Part shown: piece after piece, positions 10,407-19,798 of the stretch | Layout: each line of letters begins with the position of its first letter | Position numbering within the stretch: the first letter of the stretch is position 1 | DNA from: Alphaproteobacteria bacterium | Lineage (GTDB): Bacteria; Pseudomonadota; Alphaproteobacteria; GCA-2746255 | NCBI GenBank assembly: GCA_965249135.1 | Contig: OZ252220.1 | Coordinates: 1,024,001-1,088,000 of the forward strand | Direction: 5' to 3' | DNA length: 64,000 nt | Notes under the pieces: model-generated | Databases searched by the model: none | The model's input: only the letters and a program-made list of their open reading frames with translations | Told to the model about the DNA's origin: nothing | Translations under genes and position numbers: made by a program

Positions 10407-11099
10407 TTATCCCCACCAAATTAAATCGCGATACCCGACACGTTCGAGTAGTGGACGGATGACGCACTCTGCGTCTTTCAGCCGCTCGACTTCCTTTGGG
10501 AGATGAAGCTTAACTGTCTTGAAATCGCCATCGAGATAGGCCCTCTTCAGATCATGGTCATCATCCCTCGAATTCGGCCGAGGCCAATCCTTAGCCACTG
10601 GCCATGAATAGCCAGGATCATCGAGACCGGTATGAATGAGCACGGCCCTTAGCGCGTCCCTGCGATCATTCATATCTTCTTTATCGATGAGATCGATCGG
10701 AAAATACAACGGATCGTAGACCTTCCTGCAGACATCGATCTTCGCAACCATATCGACAAACTGATCGACCACATGAAGATACTGGCCATGCTGAGAGCGG
10801 TCACGTTGCTTCGAGGAAATGAGTGCCAGAAGAGGATCGCGAAGCGGGATCACGACAGGGCAGGTCGTCGCGAACGCCTGCATCATCTTGATATTGTCGT
10901 GGTTGAAATGGCCGTGGATCAGATTCGTGGCGCCTGCGATAAGCCCAGCTTGACCAGAAACAAAATCCCGCATGAGAGTGTCGTTTTTGCGGAGTACCTG
11001 CATTTCTACGAAGTTGTCAACATCGGAATGCTTTTGCAGGAATTCGATCATAAACCACGTCCCAGTGTGGTTCGCGCTGAAAATGCAAAGAATCCTCAC
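10407..11099 (-). CDS. Sulfotransferase-fold protein
   Basis: N-terminal FSANHTGTWFM (5'-PSB loop-like) and VIPLRDPLLALISS (3'-PB-like). Confidence 0.6.
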   Translation of the reverse strand: MRILCIFSANHTGTWFMIEFLQKHSDVDNFVEMQVLRKNDTLMRDFVSGQAGLIAGATNLIHGHFNHDNIKMMQAFATTCPVVIPLRDPLLALISSKQRDRSQHGQYLHVVDQFVDMVAKIDVCRKVYDPLYFPIDLIDKEDMNDRRDALRAVLIHTGLDDPGYSWPVAKDWPRPNSRDDDHDLKRAYLDGDFKTVKLHLPKEVERLKDAECVIRPLLERVGYRDLIWWG

Positions 11100-11293
11100 T
11101 GGTGGCGCTTCACGGAATTGTTCATGCCCATGGATTTGCCCTTGAGTTTTTCCACGGTCGCGTTGGTCTTTTCAATCTTCTCTTCGAGGTGTTTTCGGAT
11201 GCGCCCCAAGCGGGCAGGATCCTTCGATAACTCCTCAGCCCGCTCGAGGACCATGGCATCTTGTTCAAGTTCAAATGCTTCATTATCTGGCAT
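11096..11293 (-). CDS. Small phage protein
   Basis: RBS GAGG; coupled to neighbours. Confidence 0.55.
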   Translation of the reverse strand: MPDNEAFELEQDAMVLERAEELSKDPARLGRIRKHLEEKIEKTNATVEKLKGKSMGMNNSVKRHQ

Positions 11294-12959
11294 GGTGGCC
11301 TCCTCTTGCCATCTTTCGATATTTACGTTGAAACGTCTGAATTTCGCCGCTCAGGCTACGGAAGCTGGGATCAAAATTCATAAGATATTTTCCGAGCGTC
11401 GGGTAGTCGTCATATTTTTCCTTGGGCTTCTGCTTGACGTCGTGGTCCTCCTGATACTTGAATTCGTCCCACTTGTAGCGGCCCATCTGCCCGATCGCGC
11501 GCGTGCAACGGCGATGCCAGTGAATGCGTGGCTTTCGCATATCCGTGTCTGGCTTCAGGAATTCGTTGAGGCGGGAACGCCCGACATCGCTGTCATCGGC
11601 CAGTTGGCAATAGAGGCCGGCCGTATCGAATTCGTCCTGCCATGTGACGCTGCGGTCCTTGGCCGAAGCCGGCGAGCGGCCCATGTTCGGATCAATCAGG
11701 CGGTAGGCGATCTTCAGCCCAAGGCGCGCCTCGTCATCCTGAACCATCGTCGCCGTTTCTTCGACGTCGCCCGGGCATTCGCCATCGTTTATGATCCAGA
11801 TGTCATCACTCGGGTCGATCTGGGCGTGAAGCCACATATGCGGTTTTCTCGGATGCGGGTCGAGAAGGAAGACGGTCGGCCAGCCATAGGCCGTCTCGAA
11901 TTCCTCGACGTGGCAGAACTCCTCGATGTTGTCGAAGCCGCAGCCAGAGCATTTGCCGCCGACAACGGCGCAGGCCTTCTTGCAGACAAAGCACCAAGTA
12001 TTTGTGTTCTTTGTGAACAGCGGATGGATCAGGTTCGAGAAGCGCAGATTCTTGCCATAAATGCGAACATTGATCTTTTCTTGGGACCATTTTTTCATCT
12101 GCAGCGCGATCGATTCCTGATCGAGATGCGGGTTCTCCGTACTCCAGAGCTCGGTCCAGCTGTAGTCTGGTTCGCCGTCCATGGCCGGGTCATAGATTTT
12201 ATCGAAGATCCAATCGACTGGAATACCCGGCTCGTCCGGCCAAGTCATCGACAGCATCTTGGTTCCGCTGACACGCATTGTGCGCGCTTCATTCTCCGTC
12301 CAGATCGCCTTCGATGGCGGCTCGTCATGCAAGACATTGTGAAAATCGCCAGAGGCAAAGTCAGAAGGGTCCTGATCGTGGGAGTTGAACTGGAGAACGC
12401 TTTCGCCGAGCACCTTGTCCGGGTTATCGGGATCGCGACAGATCACCCGCAACACCCCTAGCTTTTCGGACCAGGATTTCTGCCAGGAGCCGCCTATAAG
12501 GCAAGTCTTCGGAATCCATCCCCAGTGGCCCTTATCGCCGCCCATGGGCTGCTCTCCGGTCCATTTCCACCATTGGAGTTTTGGCAGGATCACCGGATGC
12601 AACGTCAGTTTCAGGCTTTCGATAACGATGCGGTTGTTGGTCGGGCCCCGGAATTTAGGCCTCAATTCGTCCCAGACCGATTCGGGGATGATGCCGGTAG
12701 CGAGCGCCAATATACGCACTAGGCAATTCTCGGTCTTGCCGGAACCGTTGCCGCCGCCAACCCCGATCACCGATGCGTCGGTGGCGAATATCTCGCGCGC
12801 CTTCTCGCTGGTCGGCTTGAAGAACAGAAGTTGGTTTTCGCGCCGATCGGCCTGCTGAACGGCCAAAAGCTTTTCGACGATGGCTTGGAAGCGCTCGTTG
12901 TCTAGTTTGTGAATGTCCAGAGCATTCAGCTGTGAAAGATCATTTATGTTCAGCGTCAT
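11283..12959 (-). CDS. Terminase large subunit
   Basis: Walker A GGNGSGKT, Walker B VLHDEPP, coupling motif MT, ENPHL, nuclease LDPH and DD. Confidence 0.92.
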   Translation of the reverse strand: MTLNINDLSQLNALDIHKLDNERFQAIVEKLLAVQQADRRENQLLFFKPTSEKAREIFATDASVIGVGGGNGSGKTENCLVRILALATGIIPESVWDELRPKFRGPTNNRIVIESLKLTLHPVILPKLQWWKWTGEQPMGGDKGHWGWIPKTCLIGGSWQKSWSEKLGVLRVICRDPDNPDKVLGESVLQFNSHDQDPSDFASGDFHNVLHDEPPSKAIWTENEARTMRVSGTKMLSMTWPDEPGIPVDWIFDKIYDPAMDGEPDYSWTELWSTENPHLDQESIALQMKKWSQEKINVRIYGKNLRFSNLIHPLFTKNTNTWCFVCKKACAVVGGKCSGCGFDNIEEFCHVEEFETAYGWPTVFLLDPHPRKPHMWLHAQIDPSDDIWIINDGECPGDVEETATMVQDDEARLGLKIAYRLIDPNMGRSPASAKDRSVTWQDEFDTAGLYCQLADDSDVGRSRLNEFLKPDTDMRKPRIHWHRRCTRAIGQMGRYKWDEFKYQEDHDVKQKPKEKYDDYPTLGKYLMNFDPSFRSLSGEIQTFQRKYRKMARGGHHAR

Positions 12960-13578
12960 AATTCCCTGGGTTCCTACGGCGCATCGCGCGGTTCATGTTG
13001 GCTTCCGTCTTGCTGAGTGCTGCCGTATGTGTCTCATCGGGTGGCATCAGACGCGGCTGCGGCGTGCCGTCGGCGACCTCGACACTATCCGGCGTAAGAT
13101 CCAGCGTCATGCCGCGGCGTTTTGCCTCGCGCAGGACCGCCGGCAGCAATTCATCCAGTTTCTTGCGTTCCTCAAAGGTGAGAATCTGTGTCGGTTCACC
13201 GCGCAGGAGTTGGCGCTTCTCGATGGCGATGCCCATGAGGATGGCACGGTCCTTGACTGGCGCGCCCTTGATGTCGTTCCAGTCGAGCGATTCCAGAACA
13301 AGGTCGGTGACATGCTCGAGCTTGGCGATGATGCTGCTAGTGGAGACCTGCCGAAGGCCTTCCACAACCGGCTGGTAGTCCGTATGCAGCCGGTTAATCA
13401 GTTGTTCGGTGGTGGTTGATGGCAGACCGCAAACTTCAGCAAGATGTTTTATGGAAAGATCAGGATCGTGTGCGATCGCTTCGATCACGGCGGCCGCTTT
13501 TTCTGGATGCAGATCCTCGGCGCGTCCCGCCTTGCGACTGCGCCGTTTCTCCTTCGGAGGAGATTTTCGTTGCGCCAT
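12940..13578 (-). CDS. Probable terminase small subunit
   Basis: HTH-like N-terminal region, AILMGIAIEKRQLLRGEPT motif; directly upstream of TerL; start assigned at MAQRKS. Confidence 0.65.
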   Translation of the reverse strand: MAQRKSPPKEKRRSRKAGRAEDLHPEKAAAVIEAIAHDPDLSIKHLAEVCGLPSTTTEQLINRLHTDYQPVVEGLRQVSTSSIIAKLEHVTDLVLESLDWNDIKGAPVKDRAILMGIAIEKRQLLRGEPTQILTFEERKKLDELLPAVLREAKRRGMTLDLTPDSVEVADGTPQPRLMPPDETHTAALSKTEANMNRAMRRRNPGNYDAEHK

Positions 13579-13791
13579 GTTCGCAACATAGGCGCACGAA
13601 TTAGATGCTGCAAGTTTAGGAAAATGAAACGACGTCTGTAAAAAGTGCGCCACCCGGCTAGGGTTCTTCGGTAAGGAGTGATAAAACCTCCCAAGCTGGG
13701 GGCGCTGGTTATCTCTTATAATTGGAAGTGGTTAAGAAAAGGATAATCTATGCCTTCACGAATTAGTCGCTCGTTTTCTCGGTGCGGCGCT

Positions 13792-14079
13792 TCAGAAGAA
13801 CTCGTTTTCGTTCTGCCAACTCTTCGCGCCCCGCTCAGTGAGCGTCAAATATGAAAGAAAAGGATGATCGACGATAACAGCTTTAGTGCGTGGGCGGACA
13901 ATCGTAATCAGGCCAGCGTCTTTAAGCTTTTTCCCAGCGCGAGATTCAAGGACTTCATCGGCATCAATCGTGAAACTGGATGTTGATGCGTGCTTGTGCT
14001 GTTTATCAATCACTTCAAGCAGTTCCATTTCCTCTTGATATAAAGCGGCTCCAGGCGTGGGAACTCCGGGGTTTGTCAT
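13792..14079 (-). CDS. Hypothetical protein (winged-helix-like)
   Basis: LKDAGLI...YLTLTERG. Confidence 0.45.
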   Translation of the reverse strand: MTNPGVPTPGAALYQEEMELLEVIDKQHKHASTSSFTIDADEVLESRAGKKLKDAGLITIVRPRTKAVIVDHPFLSYLTLTERGAKSWQNENEFF

Positions 14080-14546
14080 GGGTGCTGTCCTATGTTACCC
14101 TTCATGCCTCGATTATATGACTAATGCCTAGGTGGGAGATAGGAAATGTGGCGAGTTCTTGTTACCGCAAGCCTATTTCTGATGGCTGCATCCGCCCCGA
14201 TTCCATGCCAGAACCGGGCGATGGCGCAGCATCTTTGTTGCTGCCAGACCTTCACGAATACGACCTGTTGTTCATCCTGTGCTTTTGGCGGATCGATGCC
14301 TTCCGGTTGCCCCTGTAAAATTTGATCTTCTATCTAAGTTCAGATGAGGTTGGCGTCGTTATGAGCGTAGGGGATGTGTTAATCACTGTCGGTGTCAGCG
14401 CGGTCTTCGCACTGATTTGTCTTTTGGGGGAAATGATCTGTCTGGCGTTCGAGTCCGCCGGCAGATTTTTCAAACGCTGAGATTGGGCCTTGGTCATCCT
14501 TGCGGCAGGATGCTCACCCAAATCAGCCGTCCCCTGGGGTGGCTAA

Positions 14547-14823
14547 TCAATAGACGGCGATCCCGTGGGCCGGGAGCAGTTCTTTCAGGACGTAATAGCG
14601 ATGTATTGCCGCTGCCTGGTGGAACCGGTAAGCGTGTGAGCCGATACCGCTGGTCGATGAAGCAAGAGTGTGGAACCGTTGCTTCTCGCCCTCCCATTCG
14701 TTCCAATCGTAATTGATCTGCGCTTCATCGGGCCCGGACGAATAGATTCTGCTTTCCTGAATTGCCGTTCGCCATTGCTCTACGCGATCCTCTTCCTTTC
14801 CTTCGAACCGGATTATTTCTTCC
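14547..14823 (-). pseudogene. 3' fragment of a gene truncated by the IS1595 left end
   Basis: Open frame runs into the IS inverted repeat with no own start. Confidence 0.45.
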
Positions 14824-14842
14824 GGGATGAGTAGATAGGGGC

Positions 14843-14871
14843 TTGACATTGAAAAGGGGAATGATTACATT
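14843..14871 (+). promoter_or_regulatory. Sigma70 promoter at the IS left end
   Basis: TTGACA-17 bp-TACATT, followed by RBS GGAG and ATG at 14893. Confidence 0.65.
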
Positions 14872-14892
14872 AGGTTCATAGGGAGAAACGCT

Positions 14893-15768
14893 ATGAACTT
14901 GATGACCATCTTCAGCCTTTACCCCAATCAGGAAGCCTGCATCGAACACCTTGAAGCCGTGCGTTGGCGCGACGAAGCGAATTGCCCGCACTGTGGCGGC
15001 CTGCGCGTTTCACGCAAGACCGACACACACCGCATTGGACGCTGGAACTGCTACGATTGCAAATCCAGCTTCAACGTCCTGTCGGGGACGATCTTCGAGA
15101 AGACGAAGGTTGAACTGCAAAGGTGGTTTCTCGCCATCGGATTGATCGTCAATGCGAAGAAAAGCATGTCCAGTTACCAACTGGCCCGCGATCTCGAATT
15201 GAATCAGAAAACGGCGTGGTATATCCAGCAGCGCATCCGCACTGCGATGGCGGCCGATCAGGCTCCATTGCTTCGCGGCATCGTCGAAGCCGACGAAACC
15301 TATGTCGGGGGAAAGCCACGCAAGGGCAACAAGCACGGCGGCGATACGCCAAACCGGCGCGGACGCGGAACCAAGAAGATGCCGGTCATCGGAGCCGTGG
15401 AGCGCGGCGGGAAGGTCGTGGCCCGCATGGCCGACGATCTTAGCGGCAAGGGCCTTCTCCGGTTCATCAAGGACACCGTAGACGCGAATGAAACGCTGCT
15501 GATTACCGACGAATACCGGGGCTACATGGGCATGCGCCGCCATGTCCGGCACGCCGTCATCAATCACAGTGTCTCCTACGCGGACGGCGAAACGCACACC
15601 AACACCATCGAAGGCTTTTGGTCGCTTCTCAAGCGGGCTTGGTACGGATCGCATCACCACTATACCCGCCACTTTTCGCCACTGTTCATTGCCGAATCGA
15701 ACTGGAAATACAACCACCGCAAGGACGAAGACGGGTTCGGTTCCTTCCTGCGGGGGTGCTTCGCATGA
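14893..15768 (+). CDS. IS1595-family DDE transposase
   Basis: Zn ribbon CPHC..CYDC; VEADETY, LITDEY, HTNTIEGFW. Confidence 0.95.
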   Translation: MNLMTIFSLYPNQEACIEHLEAVRWRDEANCPHCGGLRVSRKTDTHRIGRWNCYDCKSSFNVLSGTIFEKTKVELQRWFLAIGLIVNAKKSMSSYQLARDLELNQKTAWYIQQRIRTAMAADQAPLLRGIVEADETYVGGKPRKGNKHGGDTPNRRGRGTKKMPVIGAVERGGKVVARMADDLSGKGLLRFIKDTVDANETLLITDEYRGYMGMRRHVRHAVINHSVSYADGETHTNTIEGFWSLLKRAWYGSHHHYTRHFSPLFIAESNWKYNHRKDEDGFGSFLRGCFA

Positions 15769-17255
15769 ACCAGTTGTACTATGGCGACTGCCTTACCATC
15801 ATGCGCGATCACATGAAATTAGGCAGCGTGGATCTGATTTATCTCGACCCGCCCTTCAACTCGAACCGTGAATACAGCGCGATCTACAAGGACGAAACCG
15901 GACGCCCTTTGCCGGATCAAATCGAGGCGTTTTGCGATCTATGGGAACTGGACGAAGAGCGCGAGCGGTCCTTGCGAACCATGCCGATATTGATGCGGGA
16001 AGCCGGTATCGAGGATGAGGCGGTCGATTTCTGGCGGCTATGGATGAACGCGCTGCGCGGCGTTCAGCCCCGTTTGTTGGCCTATTTGTCGTACATGACG
16101 GAGCGATTGCTACCCATGCGCGGGCTTCTCAAGCCTACCGGCTCGATCTATCTACACTGCGACCCAACTGCCTCGCATTATATCAAGGTAATGATGGATG
16201 CGGTTTTCGGGCACAAGAATTTCAGAAACGAGATTGTTTGGCACCGGCACGGTGGATTTAAGAGGAGCAGCGCCAAGCAGTTTCCCCAGAAGAACGATAT
16301 CCTTCTGTTCTACGCAAAATCAACTGGAGACTTGGTGTTCAACACCCAATACAAACTCCACAAGCCAGAATATATCCGACGTTTCAAAAAAGACAGGAGC
16401 GGCCGCCTATACCGAGACGATGTGAACCCAACCAAGGGCGGCCGCAGGACGATCTACCTGGATGAAACCAAGGGCGATATCATTGATACGGTTTGGACCA
16501 ACATTCCGCCAGTAAATCCCAACGCACGCGAGCGCATGGGCTACGCGACACAAAAGCCGCTTGCCCTGCTTGAGCGCATCATCAAGGCAAGCTCCAACAA
16601 GGGCGACGTAGTGTTCGACCCATTTTGCGGGTGTGCCACCACCCTTGAGGCGGCCCACAAGCTGGGCCGCAAGTGGATCGGTATTGATATAGCCATTCAC
16701 GCGATCAAGCGCGTGGCGCGGATTCGCCTGCAAGATCGTCTGGGCCTTCTCGAGGGAACGGACTTCGCCATCGACGGGGTGCCGCGCACGCTGGAAGGCG
16801 CGCGCGATCTGTGGACGCGCGACAAGTACCACTTCCAGAAGTGGGCCGTGGAAGAAATCGACGGCTTTGTGACCACGAAGCGCACGGCGGACGGCGGGGT
16901 AGACGGCAGGCTTTACTTCGGCGTGCCCGACGAGCCGGATTTGCAAAGCATGGCAATTGAAGTGAAGGGCGGGAAGAACGTCGGAATCAACGTCATACGC
17001 GAGCTTCGCGGCGTCTTGGACAGCGATGAGGCGCTTATCGCTGGTTTGATCATCATGGAGCCTCTTGGTGCCACGAAGGAACGGAATTTCAAGCGTTTCA
17101 TGGCCGATGCGGAGGATTTGGACGTGCTGGGCGTTCTCTACCCAAGGATGCAGATACTGACAATTGCAGAAATCCTCGAAGGAAAGCGGTTTCTGACGCC
17201 AAGCGTGGCGGGCAGGGGGGTGGCGGAACCGAAGTTGCCGCTGGCCTTGACATAG
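15765..17255 (+). CDS. N6/N4 DNA methyltransferase (beta class) fused to Mrr-like PD-(D/E)XK domain
   Basis: LYYGDCL, IYLDPPF, YATQKP, DPFCGCATT; C-terminal DGGVDG...IEVKGG; ATGA coupled to transposase. Confidence 0.88.
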   Translation: MNQLYYGDCLTIMRDHMKLGSVDLIYLDPPFNSNREYSAIYKDETGRPLPDQIEAFCDLWELDEERERSLRTMPILMREAGIEDEAVDFWRLWMNALRGVQPRLLAYLSYMTERLLPMRGLLKPTGSIYLHCDPTASHYIKVMMDAVFGHKNFRNEIVWHRHGGFKRSSAKQFPQKNDILLFYAKSTGDLVFNTQYKLHKPEYIRRFKKDRSGRLYRDDVNPTKGGRRTIYLDETKGDIIDTVWTNIPPVNPNARERMGYATQKPLALLERIIKASSNKGDVVFDPFCGCATTLEAAHKLGRKWIGIDIAIHAIKRVARIRLQDRLGLLEGTDFAIDGVPRTLEGARDLWTRDKYHFQKWAVEEIDGFVTTKRTADGGVDGRLYFGVPDEPDLQSMAIEVKGGKNVGINVIRELRGVLDSDEALIAGLIIMEPLGATKERNFKRFMADAEDLDVLGVLYPRMQILTIAEILEGKRFLTPSVAGRGVAEPKLPLALT

Positions 17256-17282
17256 GATGGTCAAGCCCCTATCTACTTATCC

Positions 17283-17429
17283 CGTCGCGGAATATGTGGT
17301 TTTCGGATATGCCGCTGAAAGGCGGGCTGAGTAATCGATCATTATTGGAATCCTGCTTGCCCCAAGCTGTGACAAGTGTACTCCTCTAATCTTCGTTTTG
17401 TGTCAAGTAGACTCCTCTTTTTTCCATCT
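17283..17429 (-). repeat. 147-bp inverted copy of 52188-52334 (promoter and first codons of the putative toxin gene)
   Basis: Reverse complement matches base for base as far as read. Confidence 0.9.
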
Positions 17430-18122
17430 GTGTCTTGGATGCCCCCACGGTTGACACAGCCCGTGCCGCCGCAGCCGTTCGTCTAGTGACGCGCCGATCG
17501 GGATTTTTTAAAAATCTTTCCGAAACAACCGCCCGATTTTAAGCAACGTACACGTTGCAACTCAAGACCACGGCAACGCCAATGTACCTAAATTCGGAAG
17601 AACCATTGCCAGTGCTAACGGTCCGTTACGACAGAAGCATTCTAATTCCAAAATAAAACCGCACTTGACGTCCGCAGAGTTTTCAGCGGCCATTTTGTTC
17701 TGAAAAATTTCGGCGGCAACCCGTTTGCTGAAATACTGCAAGGGGGGGACCCATCCGCCATCGCCCCCATCGGGGGGTGCGCCTAAACCCTTGTCATCTG
17801 CCACGTGGTAGGCGCCGGCCGCAGCGCTCATCCTAACTAAGGGTGGGTCTAGCGTTGATTCTATTGACATTTTAGCCAAGCTGGGCGTGTTTTGAGCGGG
17901 ATCCGCGCCCAACAGGTCACGGCACAAGCCAGAATTAACCATGATTAGGTTAATTAATTTCCCTATTTGCCTGCAGGATGACCCCGGCAGACCCGTCTTT
18001 TTCCTTACATCTCTGGGCCTCCAAGCGTAAAATGCTTACATCCTCAAGGGCAATGGTGCCCGCCACAAAGCTTACGGAATTGACTTTGTGACAAAGCTAT
18101 TGACCCACTACCGAATTGTTGG

Positions 18123-18647
18123 TCATGCCGGCATCGCCCTCCGAAACCGCGCCATCGTCTTCGCAACACTTTCCTGGGTTGCCCTTGGCCTTGCAGCTTC
18201 CATGGCCTCTGCCTCCCTCCGCTTGTGTTCCTCGATGTGCTTTCTTGCATAGAATTCCAGCCGGTGTTGCTCGTTCCGAATCTCGTTCAGCGCCTCCACG
18301 ATCTCCGCTCGTGCCGGAAGGAATTTCTGCTTCCGCGTGACCCGGTTGATGGCCTCCTTCGCCGCCGCTTCCGGTGCTTCTGCCAACACACTCACGATCG
18401 CGCGGAGGTAGATTTCCGGCTCGTGGGGTTGATGGGGGTAAGACCCGACCAGAATCCCTACGATCTCGCTTGCCCGCTCCGGCCCGCAGGGCTGCCATTG
18501 CTTCAACATTCCGATCATGCGGTGGCAGGTTCCGGCCGGAACCAGTTGCGTGTGTTGGTCCGGTTTTCCAACTCGGGCCAGATAGCCCAACACTTGCGCG
18601 TTCTGGTCCCGAAACGCCGCCGGAATGGCTGGGAGGTTATGCTGCAT
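18123..18647 (-). CDS. Phage replication-associated protein (helicase-loader-like position)
   Basis: KFLPARAEI motif; follows DUF1376 gene. Confidence 0.55.
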   Translation of the reverse strand: MQHNLPAIPAAFRDQNAQVLGYLARVGKPDQHTQLVPAGTCHRMIGMLKQWQPCGPERASEIVGILVGSYPHQPHEPEIYLRAIVSVLAEAPEAAAKEAINRVTRKQKFLPARAEIVEALNEIRNEQHRLEFYARKHIEEHKRREAEAMEAARPRATQESVAKTMARFRRAMPA

Positions 18648-19395
18648 CGGATTCCCCTAATTCAGCCTGTAAAGCATCGACGGCCTGCATGGTCTTGGAT
18701 TTGGGCTTCGGCATGGAGGCCGCCATCAGCCACCCCACCGGATCGGCCTTCTGCCCGTTCTGGGCCTCGATGAGCAGCCGGAACACCGCCTCGTGGTCGC
18801 CGCCGCATTTCTTGAGCAGTTTCCCCAGGACCGGCCGGAGTTTTCCCTCTGGCTTCCCGGTTTCCTTCATCAGCCATTCGAGCCCGGAACCGAAAAGAGC
18901 CTTCGGCCAATCGTCTGCCCGGACGAACATCAGGGGGATGGGCTCGCCAGAGCTAGATTCCCGAAGGGAATCTGTATGTGAAGGTGAAGGTGAAGGTGTA
19001 TCGGTTTGCCTATGGCTAATTGGTGGGTCTGCTATAGGTGTACCATCCTTTTGCCATCGTTTTTCTGCTCCCCTTTTGCCTGCCTCTGCCTTAGCGGCGA
19101 CCATGGCATTCGCCCTCGCAAGCTCGGCATCTATCCGCTTGTGGTGCCAGGCTCCGTCCACGTCCTTAAAGAACCGCTCTATCTTTGGCCTTAATTTCAA
19201 CCACTCGCGCTTGCTGTCACAGCAGGCGATTCGCCATAGCCCGTCATCATCGTTCGCCAGGGGGGTTCCAGAACACCAGTAATGCTTGATGAGCATGAGA
19301 TAGGCCCCATGCCCCATTGCGTTCAGGTGCCCCGTATCACGGAGATAATCCCCCCAATAGAGCGGCATCCACGTATCCGGCCGGGCGGCGGTCAT
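18637..19395 (-). CDS. DUF1376/YdaU-family replication initiator
   Basis: WMPLYWGDYLRDT..L...HGAYLMLI..YW, HKRIDAEL, AGKRGAEKRW. Confidence 0.85.
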   Translation of the reverse strand: MTAARPDTWMPLYWGDYLRDTGHLNAMGHGAYLMLIKHYWCSGTPLANDDDGLWRIACCDSKREWLKLRPKIERFFKDVDGAWHHKRIDAELARANAMVAAKAEAGKRGAEKRWQKDGTPIADPPISHRQTDTPSPSPSHTDSLRESSSGEPIPLMFVRADDWPKALFGSGLEWLMKETGKPEGKLRPVLGKLLKKCGGDHEAVFRLLIEAQNGQKADPVGWLMAASMPKPKSKTMQAVDALQAELGESDAA

Positions 19396-19730
19396 CCCCC
19401 TACTCCCGTTTGATCTTCTGCCAACGCCAGGGATCTGGAGTGGTTTGGTATCCACGTAAGAAGCCCGCGCGAGCGAAGTTGTGTGGTGACGCGATGGGCG
19501 GTTGACTGAGATTCCACACCGATCGCAGCAGAAATTTCACGAAGGGACGGGGAATAACCGCGTTCTTCGATGAACCCGCTTACAAATGCAAGAACATCCA
19601 TTTGCCGTTTGGTCAGCCCTGCTTTTGGTTTGCTGAAAGACCCAAGCAAACGATGTTCAACCTCTTCCTCGAAGGAACGGCCGGATTCCCTTGAGGCGTT
19701 TTCCAGTAAAAGGCGGAGTTTGGGGTTCAT
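19392..19730 (-). CDS. Regulator: Arc/RHH-like plus LexA DNA-binding domain
   Basis: SGRSFEEEVEHRL; LTKRQMDVLAFV..FIEERGYSPSLREI. Confidence 0.75.
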   Translation of the reverse strand: MNPKLRLLLENASRESGRSFEEEVEHRLLGSFSKPKAGLTKRQMDVLAFVSGFIEERGYSPSLREISAAIGVESQSTAHRVTTQLRSRGLLTWIPNHSRSLALAEDQTGVGG

Positions 19731-19798
19731 GCGGCCTCCGGGTATTCGCGTACCCGTAAATCCTTGGGCCAATGCTTTCTCTGTTCGAATTTAATCAT

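Larger units (their letters stand above)
14824..17283 (+). mobile_element. IS1595-family transposon with passenger gene (tIS)
   Basis: 24-bp terminal inverted repeats GGGATGAGTAGATAGGGGCTTGAC / GTCAAGCCCCTATCTACTTATCCC (1 mismatch); no target duplication visible. Confidence 0.9.

Noticed and set aside
10773-12461. 562-aa plus-strand ORF (likewise 43639-45471, 57711-59468, 60680-61921)
   Set aside because: Antisense to clear genes in GC-rich DNA, with no motifs
14124-14540. Short ORFs left of the IS
   Set aside because: Fragmentary, no RBS or recognisable family; probably decayed sequence
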